Virus record (IMG/VR): IMGVR_UViG_3300021957_003133
Coordinates: 51,467-115,466 of that record
DNA length: 64,000 nt
Source of the DNA: a virus
Reading direction: 5' to 3' (one strand)
Shown: positions 10,729 through 20,565 of the stretch, piece by piece
How positions within the stretch are numbered: position 1 is the first letter of the stretch
Layout: the number at the start of each line of letters is the position of its first letter
Position numbers and translations under genes: made by a program
The notes under the pieces: generated by a model
Told to the model about the DNA's origin: nothing
Databases searched by the model: none
Seen by the model: the letters and a program-made list of their open reading frames with translations, nothing else

Positions 10729-11212
10729 TATAGCATTAGGATGTAGCCATACCTACGGTGTAGGAGTAGAAAAAGATGAAGCTTGGCCTAATCTACTTGG
10801 GCTAGTAAATTATGGAGTTCCTGGGTGTAGTACTGATTTAATTTGTCGCACCCTGCCTAAGATTTTAGAGAAAGAACAACCAGACATTGTGTATATACTT
10901 TGGCCTGATTGGACAAGATTTGAATATCGTAAAGATGGAGAATGGATTCAATCACATCCAACAGACAGAAACAGAATTGAATTTATGGAAAGCCACCCAG
11001 AAGAATGGCTACGAGAAAATTTTAAACAGCAGGTAGCACGAGTAAACGAATTGTGTAAAGGTATAAAAGTTAACGCAATGACATTAGATGATTTGATCCC
11101 TTTCATTGACAATGCTGATATGTGGCCGCTCAGTAAATTAGGGCACCACTATGCTCCTGAATGGCACCATTGGGTGGCAGAGATATTTGAGAAACTGAAT
11201 GAAGCAACCTAA
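10721..11212 (+). CDS. SGNH/GDSL-like hydrolase or acyltransferase
   Basis: GCSHTYG block I, GVPGCS block II, C-terminal GHHY. Confidence 0.6.
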   Translation: MSNIALGCSHTYGVGVEKDEAWPNLLGLVNYGVPGCSTDLICRTLPKILEKEQPDIVYILWPDWTRFEYRKDGEWIQSHPTDRNRIEFMESHPEEWLRENFKQQVARVNELCKGIKVNAMTLDDLIPFIDNADMWPLSKLGHHYAPEWHHWVAEIFEKLNEAT

Positions 11213-12503
11213 GAATAGACCAGAAACGCTGTGTATGGCTCCGTGGACTCATACTTACCTATCGCCACAGACTGAACGTAGAATGTGCTGTGCTAGTCGT
11301 GAGGATGCACAATCATTTGAGCAGTATATAGATACCAAAGCTGGCACAGGCAAATACCAACCAATCACTTTAGAAAAACACTGGAATTCAGACCATATGA
11401 AATCAGTGCGTAAACGCATGATGGCTGGAGAAACCTTAAAGGAATGTGCCGTATGTAACGATAAGCTGTTGAATACTGATGTTTACCGTAGTTATTTCAA
11501 CCGAATGTTTAGCGATAAGTATGATAGTATATGGGACACTACAGATGATACGGGCTACACCACAACAAAGCCTGTAAGCTGGGATTATAGATTCAGCAAT
11601 CTCTGTAACTTTAAGTGTCGCACGTGCGGTGACATGTTGTCAAGTGCATGGGAGTCAGAGCAAAGACAGCATAACACTATCAATTGGGATAATCCTAGAA
11701 ACAATTGGATGAAACCCGACATTAGGAAACAGATATCTGAGTTTCAGGACAATCAAATTGAGAAAGAGTTCGCAGATGCTGTAGAATCTCATCAAATTGA
11801 GGAAGTATATTGGGTTGGTGGTGAGCCATTGATGTACGATCAACACTGGAGATACATGAAACGTATCGTTGATTTAGGAGATGGGAAAAATGTTTACGCT
11901 AGATACAACACAAATCTTAGTCGCATCAATTATCGCGGTATCAACCTCTATACTGATATTCTATCTAGGCTACAGGATTGGCAAATATGTGCAAGCCTTG
12001 ATGGTACAGGAAGAATTGGAGAATATATCAGGACAGGTCTCAACTATCAAACGTGGGTTGAAAACTTTAAGGAAGGTCTTAAGGGAGTTACTAACGATCG
12101 TCAAATGAGAATAGACTTTACACTTACCTTACCGGGTATGTTTGAGGTTAAAGAGATGGACAAGCTAGCTTATAATTTAGATAGTGAGATATTGGCCAAA
12201 GTAATATTCAGTTTCACACCAGACATCATTATGAGTCCGTTAGCACTGCCAAGGAAACTATTAGAAGAGTGGATTGATGATATATTAGAATCCAAGCTAT
12301 GTAAACCTGTACTGATAGATATGCTTACCCAACTAAAAACAAGACCTACGTTCGAAGAACAATGGCCTGATACCTATCAAGAAAGTCTTGCAAAAGGCAA
12401 GCGTCGTGTGTTACAATTAGAGAGTATACGTAAAGATGAATTTACTTTAGCGGATATTTTAAAATCAAGGAAAGAAGTATATGAGTGGTATCAATCAATC
12501 TAA
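11199..12503 (+). CDS. Radical SAM protein with N-terminal twitch domain (paralog 5)
   Basis: CNFKCRTC; VGGEP; N-terminal CMAPW..MCC..CAVC. Confidence 0.9.
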   Translation: MKQPKNRPETLCMAPWTHTYLSPQTERRMCCASREDAQSFEQYIDTKAGTGKYQPITLEKHWNSDHMKSVRKRMMAGETLKECAVCNDKLLNTDVYRSYFNRMFSDKYDSIWDTTDDTGYTTTKPVSWDYRFSNLCNFKCRTCGDMLSSAWESEQRQHNTINWDNPRNNWMKPDIRKQISEFQDNQIEKEFADAVESHQIEEVYWVGGEPLMYDQHWRYMKRIVDLGDGKNVYARYNTNLSRINYRGINLYTDILSRLQDWQICASLDGTGRIGEYIRTGLNYQTWVENFKEGLKGVTNDRQMRIDFTLTLPGMFEVKEMDKLAYNLDSEILAKVIFSFTPDIIMSPLALPRKLLEEWIDDILESKLCKPVLIDMLTQLKTRPTFEEQWPDTYQESLAKGKRRVLQLESIRKDEFTLADILKSRKEVYEWYQSI

Positions 12504-13563
12504 GGTTTCAGTAACACTAAGAAATCCTTTAGTTCGCGATGATCAAATAACATATGACATCATCCTGAATGATACCCAATTGGCTAAAGACTGGGTTGAT
12601 GCTCTTAAACAGATATTACAAAACAACAATCTATTAGAAAAGAACTTTTGTTTCTTAGGGTTTCCAGATACACAACGTAATATTAAATATCTCAGTAATG
12701 AACTTAAACAAGCTGTCGACACTATCAATCAATACTTCGACGATTACGAGATTACAGAAACGTACACACCTGAAACACTACGCAACGGCTTAGATCCTAA
12801 TCAAGATCTTATGAATCAATTACATAATCATTTTGAAGTACTGCAAGGAACTGTAGAGAATCTTAGTGATTACTATAGACGTGCTGACCACGAAACAAAG
12901 TATGCCATAAGACAGTTAAACATTATCTGTCACGAGTTAGAAAGTTTGATGTTAAGCTTACGTAAAAAAGTTAACGCTCCTGATTGGGTACGTAGCAGTC
13001 AAATAACTACATTTTTACAGTGTGAAAGATTCGAGTTAACACATGAACATAGACAAGGATTCTTAACCAACGGATATGATAGACAGTTTGGCGGTGTTTA
13101 TATGCACTGGACACAGATAGGTAAAACACTGTTTGAAGTATTCAATGATGAAGGCGCTCCAGAACTAACAGATGCAGTATGTGACGCTATAACACACCTA
13201 CAATACTATTCAGGTGAGTTTGATGTTGAATGGGGTAACACTGTTAACAGAGGAGACAGCACAGTGCCTTGGCATAATCAGGCACAAGATAAATTTGAAC
13301 AATGGTTACGAGATAATCAGTTGGATCCTACGAATACTCAATTGAGTTTAGGATATTTGCCGTTGGGCAATATTGATCTTACTACGTTTGGCACAGACGA
13401 TCCCAATGAGATAAGAGAAATACTAGGACGTTACCTTGATATCTATAAAATTAAAGTTGACGGAGTGTCGAATACTTTCGAATACTGCTGGACTGATGAT
13501 GATTACAAGCAACAACAAATTAATAGGATGATTCCAGGATATGATTTTAGTAGCAGGGGGTGA
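12481..13563 (+). CDS. Hypothetical protein with His/Glu-rich helical motifs
   Basis: 360 aa ORF in the operon; NQLHNHFE and LNIICHELE motifs. Confidence 0.55.
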   Translation: MSGINQSKVSVTLRNPLVRDDQITYDIILNDTQLAKDWVDALKQILQNNNLLEKNFCFLGFPDTQRNIKYLSNELKQAVDTINQYFDDYEITETYTPETLRNGLDPNQDLMNQLHNHFEVLQGTVENLSDYYRRADHETKYAIRQLNIICHELESLMLSLRKKVNAPDWVRSSQITTFLQCERFELTHEHRQGFLTNGYDRQFGGVYMHWTQIGKTLFEVFNDEGAPELTDAVCDAITHLQYYSGEFDVEWGNTVNRGDSTVPWHNQAQDKFEQWLRDNQLDPTNTQLSLGYLPLGNIDLTTFGTDDPNEIREILGRYLDIYKIKVDGVSNTFEYCWTDDDYKQQQINRMIPGYDFSSRG

Positions 13564-14359
13564 TAGTTTTGTTTGGGGCAGTGAGTTAGGAGACTGCAAC
13601 CATGATCATGTTGAGACTCTTGGTAGTTCTAGTGGACATAGTAGTCTTACATTTCCAGCTATTTTAGGACAAGACTACGAATACCAATGTTGTGCTTATC
13701 CAGGAAACGGTAATGATACTATTGCTAGAAATGTTATTATAGCATGCGAAAAAAATAAAGAACAAAATCAAGCACAAGTAGTTTCAGTAACATGGACTTT
13801 CCCAGGGAGATACGAATTTCATGTAGAAACTAGTCAAGGTGCTAAATGGGAAACTATTAATTCATGGACAGTAGGTAAGAAATATACTGAAGAATCTGAT
13901 CAACATTTAAATGAATTTGTCGAACAATTTAACGAACATGCTGAAAGTCTGGGTATAGTAAAATTTGCTAAATCTTATTTTGCTAATGTTGGACATTTAG
14001 AGTATTGGGAAACTTATACTGCTATTAAAGAAATAGTATATTTGCAAAATTATCTCAAAGCAAATAATATTCAGTATCTATTTACATGTGCAGATGTTGG
14101 GTTTCTTAATAATCACACAATAAAAGTCGCAGATGATACTATACGTTCGCTGTATAATCAAATTGATTTTGACCGTTGGTACTTGTTTCCTAAAGGTAGC
14201 AGAGCAAACGAAACCACAGTACCAAGAGGTTTTTACCAATGGGCATTGGAAAATAAGTATAGTATAGGCCCGATGAATCACCCGCTAGAGAAAGCACATC
14301 GAGATGCCGCTCTATTAATAAAGGATAAATTTAATGAATTGGTTCAAAAAAATAATTAA
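13541..14359 (+). CDS. SGNH/GDSL-like hydrolase or acyltransferase
   Basis: GGDSFVWG, YPGNGN, C-terminal NHP. Confidence 0.65.
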   Translation: MILVAGGDSFVWGSELGDCNHDHVETLGSSSGHSSLTFPAILGQDYEYQCCAYPGNGNDTIARNVIIACEKNKEQNQAQVVSVTWTFPGRYEFHVETSQGAKWETINSWTVGKKYTEESDQHLNEFVEQFNEHAESLGIVKFAKSYFANVGHLEYWETYTAIKEIVYLQNYLKANNIQYLFTCADVGFLNNHTIKVADDTIRSLYNQIDFDRWYLFPKGSRANETTVPRGFYQWALENKYSIGPMNHPLEKAHRDAALLIKDKFNELVQKNN

Positions 14360-14435
14360 TCGAATAAAGATGGAACTTCGATATCGTAAAAAGTTAAAAG
14401 AACTTAAAAAACGAGATCCGTTTATCTATAAATGA
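14334..14435 (+). CDS. 33-aa basic peptide ending RDPFIYK (not in ORF track)
   Basis: MNWFKKIINRIKMELRYRKKLKELKKRDPFIYK; fills the gap and its TGA overlaps the next ATG. Confidence 0.65.
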   Translation: MNWFKKIINRIKMELRYRKKLKELKKRDPFIYK

Positions 14436-15067
14436 AATTACTAACAGTAGGAGATAGTTTTACTTACGGTGAAGAGCTTGTAGATATAAACAATGCTTGG
14501 CCTTACCTACTAGGTAAACAGATAGACTACGAAGTTACTAATCTAGGAAGTCCAGGATGTAGTAATGCCCGTATGATTCGCAATGTTATAGAAAATGCAG
14601 ACAAGCATGATTTAATTATCATTGCCTGGAGTCATTTTGCTAGATTAGAAGTATCAGATGAGAATGGTACTTATGATCTTTGGCCAGGTGGGTCGGGAGT
14701 ATTCTTTACTGGAGAGTTGAAGTATAGGAAAGAACTAATAAACTATGTAAACAGACACCACAATGATGAATATTTGTATAATCAATACACAACTAATATT
14801 GTGCTAGTACAAAAATATTTAGAATCTAAAGGCAAGCGTTACATCATGATGGATACGTTTGGAAATCATCAAGACAAACAAAGACAGTCTAATGGTTTAA
14901 TCAGTCAAGTAAACGATCAGTATTATATTGGGTGGCCAACAGAAAGCATGATGGAATGGACCTATAAAACACCACAAGGTCCAGCAGGACATTTTTTAGA
15001 AGAAGGACATCAAAAAGTAGCAGAAAAAATCAATGAATATATTAGGAATATCGGCTGGGTTTCATGA
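14432..15067 (+). CDS. SGNH/GDSL-like hydrolase or acyltransferase
   Basis: VGDSFTYG, NLGSPGCSN, C-terminal GHFLEEGH. Confidence 0.7.
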   Translation: MKLLTVGDSFTYGEELVDINNAWPYLLGKQIDYEVTNLGSPGCSNARMIRNVIENADKHDLIIIAWSHFARLEVSDENGTYDLWPGGSGVFFTGELKYRKELINYVNRHHNDEYLYNQYTTNIVLVQKYLESKGKRYIMMDTFGNHQDKQRQSNGLISQVNDQYYIGWPTESMMEWTYKTPQGPAGHFLEEGHQKVAEKINEYIRNIGWVS

Positions 15068-16523
15068 TGCTGGCATGAGTTGTGTGAGTGATGGTGAAAT
15101 TTTATTTGCCGCACACAGCGAACGTTACAGTAGACAAAAACATGATAGCAAACTGTGCAGTGAAATGCTGTTTGATTGTTTGTCACGAACCGGCTTACCT
15201 GATGTTATTGCCTATTACGAAAGACCCTGGGTTAAAAAAACTAGACAACTGTATGCAGGGCAATGGAACTCTTTATGGTCAGATTGGTCAGTGCGTAGCA
15301 TGATCAATGAGATTGATATAGAAGGGGCTTTAAAACATGTACCCATAAAAACTTATAATCATCACCTGTCACATGCGGCCGCTGGCTTTCAAACATCACC
15401 ATACAAAGACAGCACAGTTGTAGTCATTGATGCCATTGGGGAATGGGACACTATTAGTATATGGGACGCAAGATACGATAGTCAAGGGCAAGCAACATAT
15501 AAAAAATTATGGGGCCAAAAGTATCCACATTCAATTGGGTTAATGTATTCAGCGTTTACTAAAGAAGTTGGACTACGTCCTTTAGATGAAGAATACATTT
15601 TAATGGGAATGGCCGCATACGGGCAAAGTCATTTTAAAGACGCATTTAAAACAGTGTTGTTAGATGAACCCACCAGTTTAACATTTAGACATAATCTACA
15701 TCTTGGGTTACCAGATGGTGGTGAAGGTGGCTATGGAGAAAACTTTGATGTAGCCGCTGGGGCACAAGAACTGGTAGAAGAACTTATCAATGAAGTAATA
15801 CGCATATCTAAAAAATTAGGTATAAGCAAGAACTTAACTTATATGGGTGGTGTGGCTCTAAATTGTTCAGCCAATAGAGACCTAGGACAGTATTATAATA
15901 ATATATGGATTATGCCTAATCCAGGAGATGCTGGCTCAAGTTTAGGTGCCGCGGCATTAACATACGGAAAACAATTAAATTGGAAAGATGCTTATTTAGG
16001 ATATGATATCAAAGGTGAATACCCAGTTAAAGATTTGTTAACAGAATTATTAGAAAACAAGATAGTAGGTGTTGCTAACGGACCTGCAGAGTTTGGTCCT
16101 AGAGCTTTAGGCAACAGAAGTTTACTAGCAGATCCAAGAGGGCCAGAAATAAAAGATCAAGTAAACGAAATTAAACGTAGACAAAAGTTTAGACCATTTG
16201 CTCCTGTTATCTTAGAAGAATACGCCAACGAGTATTTTCAAATGCCTTCGGGTTTTCCTACTAGCGATTATATGCAGGTAACAGCCTTATGCAATTTTCC
16301 TAAACAATTCCCAGCAATTATCCATCACGACGGAACTAGTCGTGTACAAACAGTACCTAAAAATTCACGCAGTGGTATAAGACAATTACTAGAAGCTTGG
16401 CATGTATGGACAGGATGTCCTATGTTACTTAATACTAGCCTTAATATTAGAGGAGAACCAATGGTAAACAGTCGCAGTGACGCAGAAAGATTCCAAGAAC
16501 ATTATGGGATTCGTGTGTTATGA
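15033..16523 (+). CDS. Carbamoyltransferase (NodU/CmcH family)
   Basis: GISAGFHDA, ERYSRQKH, HHLSHAA, DAIGE, GGVALN, EFGPRALGNRS, RPFAP, LLNTSLN. Confidence 0.95.
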   Translation: MNILGISAGFHDAGMSCVSDGEILFAAHSERYSRQKHDSKLCSEMLFDCLSRTGLPDVIAYYERPWVKKTRQLYAGQWNSLWSDWSVRSMINEIDIEGALKHVPIKTYNHHLSHAAAGFQTSPYKDSTVVVIDAIGEWDTISIWDARYDSQGQATYKKLWGQKYPHSIGLMYSAFTKEVGLRPLDEEYILMGMAAYGQSHFKDAFKTVLLDEPTSLTFRHNLHLGLPDGGEGGYGENFDVAAGAQELVEELINEVIRISKKLGISKNLTYMGGVALNCSANRDLGQYYNNIWIMPNPGDAGSSLGAAALTYGKQLNWKDAYLGYDIKGEYPVKDLLTELLENKIVGVANGPAEFGPRALGNRSLLADPRGPEIKDQVNEIKRRQKFRPFAPVILEEYANEYFQMPSGFPTSDYMQVTALCNFPKQFPAIIHHDGTSRVQTVPKNSRSGIRQLLEAWHVWTGCPMLLNTSLNIRGEPMVNSRSDAERFQEHYGIRVL

Positions 16524-16942
16524 AAATATTAATATGCGGATTACCAGGAAGTGGTAAAACAACTTTAGCAAAACCATTTGCGGAACTGTTAGGTGGTGTC
16601 TGGATAAATGCTGATAGTATTAGAAAACAATATGATGATTGGGACTTCAGTGATGAGGGCAGATTACGTCAAGCTGAACGAATGCGTTTACTAGCAGACG
16701 GTGTTGAACTAGCAGGTAAAGTTGCTGTGTGTGATTTTGTTTGCCCTACAGAACAAACACGACAAGCACTTGATGCTGATTATGTAGTATGGATGGATAC
16801 TATTAAGGAAGGACGTTTTAATGATACTAATTTAATATTTAAAAATCCTGATGTTGTCGACTATCGTGTAAGTGCTTGGTTTGACGACACTGATAAGGAA
16901 TTAGTTAAAGTAGTATCAAACTATATAGAGAAAAGTAAATAA
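16520..16942 (+). CDS. cysC: Adenylyl-sulfate kinase-like P-loop kinase
   Basis: GLPGSGKTT, NADSIR, DFSDEGRLRQA, DFVCP. Confidence 0.75.
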   Translation: MKILICGLPGSGKTTLAKPFAELLGGVWINADSIRKQYDDWDFSDEGRLRQAERMRLLADGVELAGKVAVCDFVCPTEQTRQALDADYVVWMDTIKEGRFNDTNLIFKNPDVVDYRVSAWFDDTDKELVKVVSNYIEKSK

Positions 16943-18234
16943 TGTACGACATATTCATCATGGATATGGGCGGTCACGACGACAACGTTAAGAGTCTTGT
17001 ACAACGTTTCCCTCACGCTAAGGTGGTAAGATACTACGATAATCATTTAGACACTGTAAAACGCTGTATTTCGCGTTGTAGGACCACATATGCTTGGGTA
17101 ATTTCAAGTTGTTGCGACTATGCTAACTTTGATTTTGACTATCGACCTATACATCATCAAGCCTATCAAATACACTGTTGGGCTAGTGGCAATCAACAGT
17201 TCGGCGACACATTTCTAATACCAAAAGATGAATTCTTAAAGCAACAAGATATAGAACTGTTAGAATGGTATAAAGACATCAATTGGCACCAAGATGGTGT
17301 TCCAAGACTAGCTTGGCCTGTGTTAGAGTGTGAAACAGAAGATATCACCCAGCATTTAAAAGACTGCGAGTTCGATAGCAGTTATGTATGGGTCAACCAA
17401 CGCACAGACTATGATCCTTCACTGTGGAAAGATAGATGTTTTTACAGTTTTAACAAATCCGGTGATGTATCGTTAGCACCGCGTGAAATTCAGACACATT
17501 TAAGCACACAAATCTATGATTATCCATACATTATCAAGCAAAAAGAAGCGTTTTTACCTTCTAAAACGTTGGATATTATCTACATCAGCAATGGCGAGAT
17601 TGAAAGTGATCGTTGGTATGATCATGCAGTATCAACATCGGGTAAAACAATCAAAAGAGTGCAAGATGTTAACGGAAGAGATCTTGCGATCAAACAGGCG
17701 GCCTATTTGAGTACAACACCATGGTTCTTTACTGTGTGGGCTAAGTTAGAAGTCGACACAGATTTTGATTGGCAATGGCAACCAGATTGTCTACAACAAC
17801 CAAAACATTATATATTCCATGCACGTAATCCTGTTAACGGATTACAGTATGGGCACATGGCAATGGTAGCCTATAATCGTGAGTTAGTACTAGAAACACG
17901 TAAGTGGGGATTAGATTTTACCATGAGTAAATTACACGGTGTTGTTCCTATTGTAAGCGGAACTGCTCACTATAATCGTGATCCATTGATGACTTGGCGT
18001 ACAGCATTTCGTGAAGTAGTTAAATTAAAACAAGACAGTGAAACAGGCAACATTGAAAGTCTACATAGACTACAGGTTTGGTTAACTAAAGCTGTTGGTG
18101 AAAATGCAGAATGGAGTCTACGTGGAGCAAAAGATGCTGTTGAATATTATGAAAGCGTTAACGGTATTTTTAATAAGTTAATGTTATCGTTTGATTGGGA
18201 TTGGTTAAAAAGTTATTACGACAAGCGTTACTAA
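16942..18234 (+). CDS. Glycosyltransferase-like protein; C-terminal half paralogous to 4425..5318
   Basis: DIIYISNGE, RVQDVNG, NPVNGLQYG and TWRTAFRE mirror motifs of 4425..5318. Confidence 0.5.
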   Translation: MYDIFIMDMGGHDDNVKSLVQRFPHAKVVRYYDNHLDTVKRCISRCRTTYAWVISSCCDYANFDFDYRPIHHQAYQIHCWASGNQQFGDTFLIPKDEFLKQQDIELLEWYKDINWHQDGVPRLAWPVLECETEDITQHLKDCEFDSSYVWVNQRTDYDPSLWKDRCFYSFNKSGDVSLAPREIQTHLSTQIYDYPYIIKQKEAFLPSKTLDIIYISNGEIESDRWYDHAVSTSGKTIKRVQDVNGRDLAIKQAAYLSTTPWFFTVWAKLEVDTDFDWQWQPDCLQQPKHYIFHARNPVNGLQYGHMAMVAYNRELVLETRKWGLDFTMSKLHGVVPIVSGTAHYNRDPLMTWRTAFREVVKLKQDSETGNIESLHRLQVWLTKAVGENAEWSLRGAKDAVEYYESVNGIFNKLMLSFDWDWLKSYYDKRY

Positions 18235-18238
18235 ATCG

Positions 18239-19207
18239 CTACTTCCATTCGTGTTCTTTCCACAGTGAAGGATGTTGTTGATACCATTCATAATACTTTA
18301 CTAGACCCTGTTCAAAATTAACTTGGGGATTGTAACCTAATTCTTTCTTAGCTAGTTCTGAACTAAGTCTACCACGTTTAGGAAATGCTAGGTCACGTTG
18401 ATTTATTTTAATAGTTCCTTTACCTGCGATAGAGATAGCAAGTTCGGCGGCCATTTTCAGTGTCCATAGTTTATCGCTTGAACGTGTTATGTTGTATATT
18501 TTATTTCGAGCTTGTTCACTGGTACTAGCTAGTGCGATTCCTTTTGCTGTGTCTTCTACATAGGTAAAGTCTAAGACTTCATCAGCACCATTTACCTGTA
18601 AGCATTCTCCACGCATTGCTTGAGTTATAAATTTACCAACCACACGATCCTCAACGTCCCATTCACCGTAGACAGCACTTGGACGTACAATGGTATAATC
18701 AAAATGCTTGCTATAATCTTCTACTAACTTTTCTCCAGCATACTTTAAGATAGCATAACTGCCACGAGGGTCGCAGACTGCTGTTTCTGTTACATCATTG
18801 TCGAAGTCACCATAGACCATTGAGCTTGATATATAAACAAATTTTTTAATTGTATATCTCTTACTGGCTTCTAGTAAATTCATTAGGCCCGATGACATCA
18901 CATCACTTGCTAGTACAGGATTTTGATTTGCTATCTTTTGTCTTGGAAAACTTGCTAGGTGTATGACTACATCTGGATTGAATTTCTTAAACACAGTATT
19001 AACAGCAGGGTCTCTGATATCTCCGATGTTTTGTTCACAGTCAACTCGTTTAAGTCTGTGATTGGCAAGATAAACTATTTCCTGCTCTGGAATAATTCCA
19101 TACCCAGTCAAGCTGTCTAAGATCGAACATTGATGTCCTTGTTGTTCAAGTTCTCGGACTACATTGTGTCCTATAAACCCAGCACCACCTGTTAACAGTA
19201 TTCTCAA
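18239..19207 (-). CDS. NAD-dependent epimerase/dehydratase (extended SDR)
   Basis: TGGAGFIG, ISSSMVYG, YAILK (YxxxK), DFTYVED. Confidence 0.92.
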   Translation of the reverse strand: MRILLTGGAGFIGHNVVRELEQQGHQCSILDSLTGYGIIPEQEIVYLANHRLKRVDCEQNIGDIRDPAVNTVFKKFNPDVVIHLASFPRQKIANQNPVLASDVMSSGLMNLLEASKRYTIKKFVYISSSMVYGDFDNDVTETAVCDPRGSYAILKYAGEKLVEDYSKHFDYTIVRPSAVYGEWDVEDRVVGKFITQAMRGECLQVNGADEVLDFTYVEDTAKGIALASTSEQARNKIYNITRSSDKLWTLKMAAELAISIAGKGTIKINQRDLAFPKRGRLSSELAKKELGYNPQVNFEQGLVKYYEWYQQHPSLWKEHEWK

Positions 19208-19569
19208 TCTTGTGTTTTTATGAAAGGTTTAAGATTAGGCCCAACCCATCCTTCAGGTTTAAGAACTTTGCCATCTTCACGTTTTGTAACTTTGCCTGTA
19301 TTGGGATCGATCTTAGCAAAGTTTGTGTCCATTACTTCTTTCCAGGCACCTTGTCCATCAAAGCCGCCTGCTCTGATAGCACCCATAGTAACAACTAAGA
19401 TATCTACTAGTGCATCTAACTGCTCTACTTTATCTTGTGCCATCAATGCTTCAGCAAGTTCTCCAATTTCTTCATTAATGAGACCTAAATACATTTGATA
19501 GTTTTGATCGTTTGCTGGTTGATCGCATGCTTCAGCGAATCGATTAATGTCATTAAATACATCAGTCAT
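19204..19569 (-). CDS. MazG-like/PRA-PH nucleotide pyrophosphohydrolase
   Basis: LINEEIGEL, LDALVDILVV, NFAK, REDGKVLKP; start re-assigned to ATG 19569. Confidence 0.85.
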   Translation of the reverse strand: MTDVFNDINRFAEACDQPANDQNYQMYLGLINEEIGELAEALMAQDKVEQLDALVDILVVTMGAIRAGGFDGQGAWKEVMDTNFAKIDPNTGKVTKREDGKVLKPEGWVGPNLKPFIKTQD

Positions 19570-19693
19570 TGTTTGGGTCCTCTTTACAATTTGAAAAGTC
19601 ACTTATAAGTTGTAGTAAACGTTTACGTGTAGCTTCGTCATCGATACTGTAAATTGCTGTACGTAAGTTTACAAGAAATGATTGTAGTTTCAT
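19562..19693 (-). CDS. Small hypothetical protein, 43 aa (not in ORF track)
   Basis: MKLQSFLVNLRTAIYSIDDEATRKRLLQLISDFSNCKEDPNND with AGGAG RBS. Confidence 0.5.
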   Translation of the reverse strand: MKLQSFLVNLRTAIYSIDDEATRKRLLQLISDFSNCKEDPNND

Positions 19694-19705
19694 TGATAAT
19701 ATCTC

Positions 19706-20530
19706 CTATACCGCCATAGGGGCTTTTATTGAATCCATTGGATTGTAGTTGTCTAATTTAAAGTCGGTCATAGTAAATTCGTTAATATTTTTAATCTTAG
19801 TATTCATAATTAATGTCGGAGCAGGTAATGGTTCACGTTGGAGTTGTTCTTTTACCTGCCCTAAATGGTTCAAATATATGTGAGCGTCTCCTAACACGTG
19901 AACGAGCTCGCCTACCCGAAGGTCACACACCTGTGCAATCATGTGTGTGAATAAGGCATAAGATGCTATGTTAAAAGGTACTCCTAAAAACATATCACAG
20001 GATCGCTGATATATTTGACACGACAACTTTTGATCACTGCTAACATAAAATTGTGCAAAGCAATGACATGGCGGCAAAGCCATTTGATCTAATTCGCCTG
20101 GATTCCACGCAGTTAAGATATGTCTGCGGCTTTCAGGATTTGTTTTTATTGATTCTATTAGTTCTTGTAGTTGATCTATAACCAAACGATCAGTTTCCCA
20201 CTCTCTCCATTGCTTGCCATACACAGGACCTAGGTCATTGCTACCAAAGTCTTTGGCATTAGCTGTCCATATAGTTTTCTTTTCTTCGTCTCTTGTACCA
20301 TGTAGTATTTCTGCTAGTCTACGTTCGTCTGTTGATCCTTCTATAAACCATAACAGTTCACTTAAACAACTTTTGAATGCTAATTTTTTTGTAGTTACTG
20401 CTGGGAATGATTTAGATAGATCATAGCGTTGTTGCATGCCAAATACTGACAATGTACCCACACCCGTTCTATCAGTACGAGTTTCACCGTTGTCTAAGAT
20501 ATGTTGTAAAGAATCGAGGTAGGTTTTCAT
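19706..20530 (-). CDS. thyA: Thymidylate synthase
   Basis: DRTGVGT, ELLWF, MALPPCH, QRSCDMFLGVPFNIASY, GDAHIY. Confidence 0.97.
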   Translation of the reverse strand: MKTYLDSLQHILDNGETRTDRTGVGTLSVFGMQQRYDLSKSFPAVTTKKLAFKSCLSELLWFIEGSTDERRLAEILHGTRDEEKKTIWTANAKDFGSNDLGPVYGKQWREWETDRLVIDQLQELIESIKTNPESRRHILTAWNPGELDQMALPPCHCFAQFYVSSDQKLSCQIYQRSCDMFLGVPFNIASYALFTHMIAQVCDLRVGELVHVLGDAHIYLNHLGQVKEQLQREPLPAPTLIMNTKIKNINEFTMTDFKLDNYNPMDSIKAPMAV

Positions 20531-20536
20531 AGTATT

Positions 20537-20565
20537 AGTATACTAAAGATCTGTCATCCTGTCAA
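20537..20565 (-). promoter_or_regulatory. Sigma70-type promoter of thyA (apparently leaderless)
   Basis: TTGACA-N17-TATACT-aatact-ATG. Confidence 0.75.

Noticed and set aside
5311-12503. RiPP (SPASM peptide-maturase) cluster
   Set aside because: No convincing precursor peptide, RRE domain or transporter; sugar-related neighbours fit better. Not fully excluded.
13541-16942. Resemblance to saxitoxin sxtI/K/L/O genes
   Set aside because: No sxtA/sxtG-like core genes; these families are generic tailoring enzymes and the context is glycosyltransferases.
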